Of a DNA stretch of 64,000 bases, positions 37,970 through 46,400 are shown in pieces. The notes below the pieces were generated by a model. The model saw only the letters and a list, made by a program, of their open reading frames with translations. It did not search any database and was not told the origin of the DNA. Position 1 is the stretch's first letter. Every line of letters starts with the position of its first letter. The stretch is from a virus, in the IMG/VR virus record IMGVR_UViG_3300015196_000001. The stretch is one strand, 5' to 3'. The position numbers and the translations under genes were made by a program.

Positions 37970-38404
37970 TTAGTACGTAAAGTTCAGAGCTGCCTTCTCA
38001 AGCACATCTCGTGCCATGTCGAGCTGATCCCGTTCGGTAGCCAGGATGGTAATGCGCGCCGTCCAGCCAGGAGACTGGTAGCCGAGCACAAAACCGTCGC
38101 TGCTTTTGACCGGCACGGCAGCCTCGGCGCTCACCTCGGTACCAAAAATTTTGCCAAGGTCGTCGAGCAGGGGATGGAGTGGCTGGCCGATGGCAGCTTC
38201 GCCGGAGCGCGCGAGGCGGTTGGTGTGCCAGTCCCAGCATACCTCCTGGGAGATGATGAGCATTTCTGTCCGCGTCTCTTTCAGGCCGACACCTTTCCAC
38301 ATCAGAGTGAGAATGACCGACTTCTCGGTTTTCTCAACGATGGCGCTAAGATGGGGGGTCATTGATGTCATTGCTGTCTCCATGTGGCGGCTTTCTTTGT
38401 TCAT
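37970..38404 (-). CDS. Hypothetical protein
   Basis: Start at ATG 38404 or 38383, below the promoter at 38414-38443. Confidence 0.6.
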   Translation of the reverse strand: MNKESRHMETAMTSMTPHLSAIVEKTEKSVILTLMWKGVGLKETRTEMLIISQEVCWDWHTNRLARSGEAAIGQPLHPLLDDLGKIFGTEVSAEAAVPVKSSDGFVLGYQSPGWTARITILATERDQLDMARDVLEKAALNFTY

Positions 38405-38413
38405 CTTACAGGG

Positions 38414-38443
38414 AGGATACCACGGCTCTGTTAAACTTGTCAA
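38414..38443 (-). promoter_or_regulatory. Sigma70-type promoter TTGACA-N18-TATCCT
   Basis: Read directly; shares CTTGACAAGTT..AACA with the 39033 and 39469 promoters. Confidence 0.55.
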
Positions 38444-39003
38444 GTTTCTTCGCAAGAAACCTTTGCCTGATAGCGCCCCGAGTAGTACAGAGAGTTTCCC
38501 AGCCTGCGCGCTTCCCGCGCAAGGTGTACGCTGTTGGCGAGCAGCTCCAACATTCCACGGGTGTAGGGGTAGGGGCCACGGGTGTCGGTGTCGCCATCTG
38601 CCCAAACAACGAACATATCGCGCAGCGCCTTACGGCGGTCAGAGCGAAAAGTCTTGGTCTTGAGCAGCTTAACGATAGCCAGCCGCACGACCTCGCTGAA
38701 CGTGCAGTAGGCGAGAGCCCTCTGGACACCGGGTGACCAGCTCTTGTCGCAACCGAAACCCCAGGCGTACTTCCAGGCGATCACATTGCGCAGCCACTCT
38801 TCGGGAGGGAGGAAATCGGGCAAGGTAACATCACCCACCTCGTAGAGCGGGACACGCACGAGCCCGTTATCGTCGGGTCCACGGCAGCAGACAACCATCG
38901 TGGTCAAGTCAAGATCACAGGCGGCAAGGAACACGGCAACCGGGTCGCGCGGCGTGGTGGCGTTCTCGCCCAATTGCTTGAAGAGGATCTTGTGGGTAGC
39001 CAT
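38440..39003 (-). CDS. Hypothetical protein
   Basis: 187 aa ORF with an upstream promoter. Confidence 0.65.
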   Translation of the reverse strand: MATHKILFKQLGENATTPRDPVAVFLAACDLDLTTMVVCCRGPDDNGLVRVPLYEVGDVTLPDFLPPEEWLRNVIAWKYAWGFGCDKSWSPGVQRALAYCTFSEVVRLAIVKLLKTKTFRSDRRKALRDMFVVWADGDTDTRGPYPYTRGMLELLANSVHLAREARRLGNSLYYSGRYQAKVSCEET

Positions 39004-39032
39004 TTTTTGTTCCCCCGCTCAGTGTGCTAACA

Positions 39033-39061
39033 GAAATACCACAGCCTGTTTAACTTGTCAA
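39033..39061 (-). promoter_or_regulatory. Sigma70-type promoter TTGACA-N17-TATTTC
   Basis: Read directly. Confidence 0.55.
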
Positions 39062-39067
39062 GACTTT

Positions 39068-39436
39068 TCAGTCCATCTCGATCTTGCGGATCCCATCGGT
39101 CGCTTCCAGGGGGAAGATTTTGGCCGCGTCGGGGTGCTCGATGGTGGGCAACACAAAGAGCGCTTTGAGGACCCCAAAAAGCTCTGAGATGTAGCTGAGG
39201 CAGACGATTTCCCCTTCGGTCATCCCGCTCGCCCCCCGCACTCGCTCGAACAGCTTTGCACGCATGACAGGTAACAGTTGCAGCATTCCCTCGATGCTGT
39301 TTTGGTTGTTCAAGGGCAAAAGCTTCTTGATGTTGTAGGGCCCATCGACGAATCCGTTCGCGTCTAACTCGGACGCAATTTTTTCCGCGATTGTGGTGGA
39401 GTGGGCAAGGACCGTCTTGTAGTCTGCGCTGAACAT
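39068..39436 (-). CDS. Hypothetical protein
   Basis: 122 aa, AGGAGG RBS. Confidence 0.7.
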   Translation of the reverse strand: MFSADYKTVLAHSTTIAEKIASELDANGFVDGPYNIKKLLPLNNQNSIEGMLQLLPVMRAKLFERVRGASGMTEGEIVCLSYISELFGVLKALFVLPTIEHPDAAKIFPLEATDGIRKIEMD

Positions 39437-39468
39437 TTTGTGCCTCCTGTTAGGGCAACTTGTAGGGC

Positions 39469-39497
39469 ACTTTACAGCAGCTTGTTTAACTTGTCAA
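39469..39497 (-). promoter_or_regulatory. Sigma70-type promoter TTGACA-N17-TAAAGT
   Basis: Read directly. Confidence 0.65.
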
Positions 39498-39830
39498 GCT
39501 TTTTGGTTCAATTTGCTCCTCCCAGTCCTGCGGTGCTTTCGACTCACAAAGGAAAGCATACGTGGTCGCGTGGTCGTTTTCGGGGTCGAATTGGCACTCC
39601 AGCTCATAGTAGGTTCCAAAGTCGTGGCTGTGCCCCTTGATCACGAGGCGGGCCCCCACCGGCTCGGCCCCGAGCTTCTTGCGGATCAGGTCACGGAAGC
39701 GTGCACACTCCTTTTTAGCCTCCACTTCGTCGTAGGTAGGTGCCCCAAGCTGCTGGCAGGGCTCGTTGCATGGAGTAGACCCAATCGAGAGATAGTTGAT
39801 CACGGTAGTCTCCGTTTGTGGTTTAACCAT
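39486..39830 (-). CDS. Conserved hypothetical phage protein
   Basis: YLSIGSTPCNEPCQQLG..HDFGTYYE pattern. Confidence 0.65.
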   Translation of the reverse strand: MVKPQTETTVINYLSIGSTPCNEPCQQLGAPTYDEVEAKKECARFRDLIRKKLGAEPVGARLVIKGHSHDFGTYYELECQFDPENDHATTYAFLCESKAPQDWEEQIEPKSLTS

Positions 39831-39891
39831 AAGTCGTAAACGATAACAGCCGGTAGAAGATCGGCATGTAGACCACCTTACAGCACAAAAG

Positions 39892-39920
39892 AAAAGGGCT
39901 GGACGTTTCCGCCCAGCCCT
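39892..39920 (-). terminator. Intrinsic terminator (AGGGCTGGGCG-GAAA-CGTCCAGCCCT-TTT)
   Basis: GC stem, GAAA loop and U tail downstream of the 39937-40311 gene. Confidence 0.7.
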
Positions 39921-39936
39921 GAGAGTCGTTCACGGT

Positions 39937-40311
39937 CTACGTTTCGCTTAGCGTTCCAGGCACCAGGATTGTCAGCTCACGGTGCTGGGGAACCCTGGTA
40001 TTGCTCTGGACCGCAGCAACCTCTTGGTCTGCGTTGAGCCTCATCCTTGTCGCCAGGGCCTTGAGGGCATCCTTCCACTTGGGGCGGCAGTCACCGGTCA
40101 CCCAGCCCCAGGTCGCCTTCCAGGGGCCTTCTACCCCGGCTCCTGCAACGAGCCGGGTGATCACGTCCTTCTCCAGGCCCTCCAACCTTGCCTTTCGGTT
40201 TTTGAGGGCCTTTTCGGCCTCTGCGACCGAGGTTCGCTCGGTTTCGATGCTCGCCAGCTCCAGCGAGCGCACAGTGATGGGGAGAACCGTCTTCTTTGCG
40301 ACCTTCGACAT
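39937..40311 (-). CDS. Hypothetical protein
   Basis: 124 aa, AAGGAG RBS. Confidence 0.7.
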   Translation of the reverse strand: MSKVAKKTVLPITVRSLELASIETERTSVAEAEKALKNRKARLEGLEKDVITRLVAGAGVEGPWKATWGWVTGDCRPKWKDALKALATRMRLNADQEVAAVQSNTRVPQHRELTILVPGTLSET

Positions 40312-40347
40312 GTGTTGCTCCTTGGCTAGGTGTCAGCCTTTGAGTGG

Positions 40348-40376
40348 ATCCTACCACGCTTCTTGAGACTTGTCAA
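40348..40376 (-). promoter_or_regulatory. Sigma70-type promoter TTGACA-N17-TAGGAT
   Basis: Read directly. Confidence 0.7.
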
Positions 40377-40380
40377 GCAA

Positions 40381-41079
40381 CTACACGTCGATCAGGATTT
40401 CGTTGAGAGAGCAGGAGGCGTTTGAGAGGGTAGTCCCGTACCACTGCTCGGTTTTGCCACCCGAATTGTGGATGTGCCCAAAGGCGTGCAGCTGAACAGT
40501 AGGGTGCTTTATAAGCCATTCCTTGAGGCCCTCGATGCCAACGTGGATATAAAACGGACGCACCCCCTTTTCCCGTCTTTCGACGATATCGAGGGCACCA
40601 AATGGGGGTGAATGTGTGACAAGGATGTCGGCCTTAGGATCCAATTCCCTGATCAACTTCTTGAAGGCCTTCATCTCCAGCTCGTACGACCACCAGTTGC
40701 AAATATATGGCACACCACGAAAACCGGTAATACGGATATCGTTAACTACAAAAGTTTGTGTACCGTCATCAAACGACTGAACAAGTCCGTCGATGGAATA
40801 GTCACAAAAATCATGGTTACCGGGTACTGCAACAATCGGCACACCGGGGAAAATGCGCCCGATGGACTGTGCTTGGGACACCCAGATAGCCCGCTGCCAC
40901 TTCCCCATCTCGGCGCGCCCTTCCTCACTGTCTTTTTTGGTGAGGAAGCCGGGCATATCCTTAACCATATCTCCTGTTACGAGGATAAGGTCAGGCCCCC
41001 AAGCACTCTGGTATTTTGAAAGCATTCCTTCAATGTTTTGCGTGTGCCAGTCGCTGATATGGAGTACTTTTCGGATCAC
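40381..41079 (-). CDS. Metallophosphoesterase
   Basis: HISDWH, TGDMV, PGNHD, THSPP, FGHIH. Confidence 0.88.
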   Translation of the reverse strand: MIRKVLHISDWHTQNIEGMLSKYQSAWGPDLILVTGDMVKDMPGFLTKKDSEEGRAEMGKWQRAIWVSQAQSIGRIFPGVPIVAVPGNHDFCDYSIDGLVQSFDDGTQTFVVNDIRITGFRGVPYICNWWSYELEMKAFKKLIRELDPKADILVTHSPPFGALDIVERREKGVRPFYIHVGIEGLKEWLIKHPTVQLHAFGHIHNSGGKTEQWYGTTLSNASCSLNEILIDV

Positions 41080-41309
41080 AAGCTTAGTTCTTTCTTAATG
41101 TGAGCATGGGCGGTACTCGACCGGCTTTCGAGGTACGAAAGGAAGTCCGATCGAGTAATCGAGTCTGTGGTCATAAGCAGGTCATTACCCTCCAGCACAG
41201 GGAGCCGCTTATAGAAAGAATTGTTGACGGTAGTGGTCAGCAAGTCAATCGCTACCTTGACCGCTGCCGCCTCGTCCTTGGATAGATGAATCAGCTTATA
41301 GGTGGCCAT
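41076..41309 (-). CDS. Hypothetical protein
   Basis: 77 aa, coupled ORF. Confidence 0.55.
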   Translation of the reverse strand: MATYKLIHLSKDEAAAVKVAIDLLTTTVNNSFYKRLPVLEGNDLLMTTDSITRSDFLSYLESRSSTAHAHIKKELSL

Positions 41310-41311
41310 TT

Positions 41312-41506
41312 TTAACTTTGCTCCTTGTATCTTGCGTAGACCCCTGCTTGCTCTATTTGTAGCTGTCGCAGTGCCTTGTCGTACTGTACCTGGGTGATCT
41401 GTCCCGTGCGCAGGTCAGAGGCAATAAAGATGGACTCCATGAAGATAGCCTCCAGCGTCATCTGGTCCGAGGCACTGACGACGACCCTGTTGTCATTTAA
41501 GAGCAT
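41312..41506 (-). CDS. Hypothetical protein
   Basis: 64 aa, GGAG RBS, promoter upstream. Confidence 0.6.
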   Translation of the reverse strand: MLLNDNRVVVSASDQMTLEAIFMESIFIASDLRTGQITQVQYDKALRQLQIEQAGVYARYKEQS

Positions 41507-41527
41507 GGTGTTCTCCGATTGAGAGAC

Positions 41528-41556
41528 ATTTTACCACGCCCGTTTTTAATTGTCAA
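41528..41556 (-). promoter_or_regulatory. Sigma70-type promoter TTGACA-N17-TAAAAT
   Basis: Near-consensus; read directly. Confidence 0.75.
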
Positions 41557-41687
41557 GAGTTTTCGTCATAGCAGCTAAAATACGTTCCTTTGCTTTATCA
41601 TTGCCTCTAGCGCGTCGTGCGCCTCGTCCCCCTCCTGCTCAGCCTCCCGCGCGCGTGCCGTAAGTCGATCGCAATCAGGGCACGGTT

Positions 41688-41942
41688 TCATCGCTTGGGC
41701 TCCTGCGCGGCGTCGCGAATGCCACGGCGCAGGATCCTCAACTGCGCGACGACCGATTCAGTTCCTGCTGGGTGCGCCGCGTAGTGCCGATACGCTTCGG
41801 CAGCCTCGCAGATCGTGACAGCCTGAGATTGAGTCAGTGTTGCCAACGAGTAGCGCGCGGTCCACAGGGCCGTGAGTAGCGTCTCGTGAGTCGGGTTCAG
41901 GGCACTCCAGTCGCCGAATCTAAAATAAATCGGATCGTTCAC
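41688..41942 (-). CDS. Hypothetical protein (GC-rich insert)
   Basis: 84 aa, 4-nt overlaps with both neighbours. Confidence 0.6.
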   Translation of the reverse strand: MNDPIYFRFGDWSALNPTHETLLTALWTARYSLATLTQSQAVTICEAAEAYRHYAAHPAGTESVVAQLRILRRGIRDAAQEPKR

Positions 41943-42181
41943 GGCTTGGGCTCCAGCGCGGCGCGGATGGCGTCGATAGTGCGAACAACCCTTGCTCGAC
42001 TGCGGGCATCGAGATCGCGCCCCCCGGCGCGCGCAATAGACTCCAGCGAGAGTGCCGCCTCCTCTAGCGCTAACGTTTGCTCCAGCGCCTCTGCTGTCGG
42101 GGCGCCCCGAGCTTTCGCAAGCGTTTCTCGTTCAGCTTTCTCCGCGCGTGCCGTAAGTCGCTCGCAATCAGGGCACGTCAC
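41939..42181 (-). CDS. Hypothetical CxxC/coiled-coil protein (GC-rich insert)
   Basis: GTG start at 42181; MTCPDCERLTAR..LEPKP. Confidence 0.6.
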   Translation of the reverse strand: MTCPDCERLTARAEKAERETLAKARGAPTAEALEQTLALEEAALSLESIARAGGRDLDARSRARVVRTIDAIRAALEPKP

Positions 42182-42420
42182 GGCTTGGGCTCCAGCTTCC
42201 TGGTCGCGCTGAGGTCGAGGCAGCCGCAGGTCCAATGAGTGCTCATGCTGGAGTCGAACGTCGTGATGGCCATAGCCGCCGTTCCTGCCGGGCAGACATT
42301 CCGGCATGTCGAGATGGTATTGGCTGCTGCCTCTTGCGCACGCGGGCTCGCGCTGGCCATCTCGAAATTGCAGCCAGCGAGGAGGAGCATGGCGAGCGGG
42401 ACTATTCTCATCGCGCTCAT
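42178..42420 (-). CDS. Small Cys-rich lipoprotein
   Basis: MRIVPLAMLLLAGC signal with a lipobox; four further Cys. Confidence 0.65.
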   Translation of the reverse strand: MSAMRIVPLAMLLLAGCNFEMASASPRAQEAAANTISTCRNVCPAGTAAMAITTFDSSMSTHWTCGCLDLSATRKLEPKP

Positions 42421-42875
42421 CCCTTCTTCTCCGGCTTCAGCGCAGCGCGGGCGATAGTCAGGAACCTAGCGGCCATCGAGGCCCATTCGCCCATCGGATG
42501 CTCATGGTCGGCGCGGACCTTCCCGATCGATATCTCGCGCAACGCGATGCGCGCGGCGTCACGCTGATCCATCATCCGCCCGAGCGCAGCTTCCAATGGC
42601 TTAAGGTCGGCAATCGCGGTGGCTGCGCGCTCGTCCGCATCCTCCATGTCGGAATATCGCCGCTTGTAGTCGTCCCTCTCCTGCTCTGCCTTCTCCGCGC
42701 GCTGCTCGGCGGCACAGGCACGCTTCCGCTGCTCGGTCTGCTCTCGCTCTGCCGCGAGCCAGTCCTCGCGCAGGTCGGCCATCTTGCTCTTCTCGCGTGC
42801 CAAGGCGATGCGATGGACTGAGCATCGACAATCACCATTATCCATGTCCATACCACAATCAGTACACACTCTCAT
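42417..42875 (-). CDS. Hypothetical zinc-ribbon + coiled-coil protein (GC-rich insert)
   Basis: MRVCTDCG..CRC; RAEKAEQERD heptads. Confidence 0.65.
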   Translation of the reverse strand: MRVCTDCGMDMDNGDCRCSVHRIALAREKSKMADLREDWLAAEREQTEQRKRACAAEQRAEKAEQERDDYKRRYSDMEDADERAATAIADLKPLEAALGRMMDQRDAARIALREISIGKVRADHEHPMGEWASMAARFLTIARAALKPEKKG

Positions 42876-42970
42876 GGCTTCTTCTCCAGCGCCGCGTAGG
42901 CGGCGTCGCTACTCGTAGACATTGCAGTGCTGCTCTCGGTCTGTGCGTTCATATGTAAATTCCTATAGCG

Positions 42971-43225
42971 CTAATCAGCCCGCCAGTTGAAATAAAAACG
43001 CGGGTTGTGGGTGAATTCGAGGGAGCCAACAACCCCATCACCACTCCGGGTAACCACCACGTAAGGGGCCATGAAGCCGGTCACAGCGAACTCTGCGCGT
43101 AGCTCCTCCGTGTTCCAGACCTGCCCATAGCGGCCCTCCAGCTCCTGGCGCGTGTTGGATTCGGCTGCAAGTTGGACTACTCGTGCACGCCGGTACTCTT
43201 CCGTCTCATCCATTGGGTTCTCCAT
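42971..43225 (-). CDS. Conserved hypothetical phage protein
   Basis: 84 aa; F.V.GF.APYVVV..GSLEFTHNPRFYF. Confidence 0.7.
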   Translation of the reverse strand: MENPMDETEEYRRARVVQLAAESNTRQELEGRYGQVWNTEELRAEFAVTGFMAPYVVVTRSGDGVVGSLEFTHNPRFYFNWRAD

Positions 43226-43300
43226 GTGTTCCTCCGTGAAGTCTATTGTTACCTCGTTTCTGGTAACGTTGTCAAGCTGTTATTCACTCGTTGATTTCAC

Positions 43301-43330
43301 ACATTACCCCGGCTACCCCGGCACTGTCAA
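43301..43330 (-). promoter_or_regulatory. Sigma70-type promoter TTGACA-N18-TAATGT (a second TTGACA lies at 43270-43275)
   Basis: Read directly at the right border of the early region. Confidence 0.5.
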
Positions 43331-43420
43331 GCCCAAAGCGTAATCTTAGGTAGATGACTCCAACTTTCATTCTTTACAGGCCTTTTGATCCACGAGATAG
43401 GCAGCTATGGTACGTGTCAA

Positions 43421-46400
43421 ATGACAAATAAAATACCGAAGGGCTTGATCCTCTCAGGGTGCGCGGCTAGTAGTGCTATCGATAGCAGTGGCGAGATATT
43501 GGACATTGAAGGAGCAGATATTAGCGACCTAGAAGAGGGTCGCGGTGTACTCAATTATGAACATGTCAATGACAAAGATAAAGGTGCCTCCTTTAACTCT
43601 ATCATTGGTAGGATCATTTTCGCTAAGAAATTGTTCAAATTAGGCGATTGCTCTACCGACGATGAACGTAAATTTTGGAATCAAGTCAAGCTTCCAATGA
43701 TCTATATCCAGGTCGAACTATTCGACGAGGAGGGGCACCCTGGAGCCGTAGCCGCAGCCGCGATGCTTCGTCACTACGCAGCTCGCGGTTTACCGATGCT
43801 CCAACGTTACAGTATTGAGGGGTCCACCTTAGAACAAGACGGTCAAAAGATCAAGAAATCGATTATAAGGCGCGTTGCATTAACAACCAAGCCGTGTAAT
43901 AGGTCTTGTCATTCCGGCATCTTGGAAGATCCTAAAGCCCCAAAAGGACCAGAAGCTGAAAAAGATCCACTGGAAACTGGTAAAGCAGAAGAGCACCCCA
44001 GTTATCGTAAACTGGGGGGCAGCGTGGAATTGGAGTGTGACCCAATCTGCAAGATGGAAGAGCTTGAGCTTGACTCAGACACACTTCGAGCTAATGCCTA
44101 CCTAAAACTACAAACAATCAAGAAGGCAATTACCGCAGGCAACTACAATGCTGCGCCCGGTTCCCTTACCCAAGGTGCAGCGTTGCAAGTGGAAGACCGC
44201 AACCTGCACAAAGCTCGTTTTAAGAATCAGGTCATGGCCGTGTGTCGTGACTATCGTAAAGAAGACCATGGGGATCTTAAAGCATTTCTAAAGCACCGTC
44301 TTCCCGAGGCTGATCCTGAGTTTATTGATACTTTTGCAAGGCTAGTCAGTGAGTATTCGGTTAAGAAGACAGAGGCTTCAGACAATGAACTAACCAAGGC
44401 CTTGACCTCCCCACCCAATGACGTTAAAGGGAAGACCGCCAAGCCCGAGGCTATTAAGGCTCCTGCTGTTATTGGGCTAAAGTCACCTCGGCAATTACTA
44501 GCTCATCTGCCGGCTGACGAGCCATGGTTTCACGACGACTCAGGCACTCTTAATGTACCTGCCTCTGGCGGCAAAGAGCCTTCTCCACGTAAGCTACACA
44601 AAATATATATTCCGGGTGAAGAGTTCAAAAACTTGATGGATGACCCCTCCGTAACTGTACCACATGAGCATGCTGTAGCTAACTGGCAGAACGTTAATGA
44701 CTTGATGACGCAGAAGCAGACTCCACCCCGTGTATCTATGCTTGCCTCACTACTAGGTTTTTTCTCAGCTAACGAGGGCGTGCCCGTTCAGGAGTTAGCG
44801 GTAGCTCATGCAATGGACATGATCAATGGAGGCTATGATCCGTCTAAGGGGCCTATGACCCCAGAGCAGGAGCTGGAGTTGCGTCTACGCTGGTCATCTC
44901 GTATCCCGCCTGAGTACGAGCACGATTCGATGAGCACTCGACCCGACTTACGTATTAAGACCAAAAAGGATCCTAACTTTGGTCAGATGAAACTGGTCGG
45001 TTTGCCTGATGGTAAGACCCGTGCACTAAATTCTTATCATCGGATGAACGATCGTATCATGGACCTGATTTCTCAACACGGTAATAATGGTCGTGCTATT
45101 GTAGGTGAGCTGGTCAAAGACAAAGTAGCTTACGAAAATTGGAAAAAGCATGCAAAAGGACAGGAGACTGAGTACAAAGGTATAGCCTTTGACGGTATTA
45201 AAAACAAGATCCTGCGCTATACCACAGCTATGATGGGAGCGGGCAACATCCATATACCTGATACCCACTTTCTTAGACACACATTCGGATTAGCTCATGG
45301 TAAGGATAACCAGATGATTAAGGATGTCGTCTGGAATGAGAATAACGCACATCTATTAAATCAAATTGATAAGTATTACTACGCCCACCATCCAGCCGTA
45401 AGGAAGACCATCGATAAGTTTTTTGGTGGAGTCGCCAATGAGCAGGCCATCTTTCCTGCTTTCTGGTGGCACTGGTTGACTATTGCCGCAGATGAAAAAC
45501 GTCGTGGACTAAAAACAGGTTCGCAGCATAATGACGGCACCGATCACGCAGTCTTCTTTAATGGTATCCATAAAACCGTTCAAGATACTTTGCATAGATA
45601 CGGCATCCCATCTCATACTCCTGCGCTCGATAAGGCAGAAGGCGTATACCCAATCCCAGGCATTCATCATGTACCAATTGAAAATCGAGTTGCTTATGCG
45701 ACTGAGGATCTTCGTCAAAAGTATGGAGAAGCAGCCGCAAGTTGGGCCATGTATGCGTATATGTATCCAGCTATTGAGGCAGCCGATCGCGTGGATTCCC
45801 TAAAACAAACCGCCGTTCAGAAGACAGAAGAGTTAACCATTCAGCTGAGCTACGTTGCTAAACTCCTAAAGGGTGATCCTTTAGCCGATCAGCTTTATGC
45901 CGACCTAAAAGACGACTTCCCCTCCCCTTCCCCTCCCAAAAAGATTGTATTCAGAGGAGCTGTAGTTCGCCCAGGAGAAATGCATGGTATTGGTAGTTCT
46001 GTTAAAGGACAGAAATTCCATATTTTAGGAAATAGAGATGGTCACCATATTGTGGTTCCTTGGGATAAGATTCTAGACTTTACTCACGCTGATCTCAAAA
46101 GTGTTAGACCTGAAGACGTTGGGACCAAGTTTAAGCTCATTAACCCCTTTGAATTAGAACCAAACAGTTCAAGTAGCACCATAATATCTGGTTTTCATGG
46201 TATTCCTCGATATATGCGTCATCCAGAACAAGCAGCTCTCATAAATGGGACTGACGTATCCGCACCTGAAGTAGCAAAAAGTAACAGTGGAGTGAACCAA
46301 TATTGTAGCCATTGGCGTAAAATGGGGAATGGTAAGCTTGGTTACATTAAAGAGACTGATGGTAAAGGTAAAAATCAGTTATCGGAGGCACATTCCGAAG

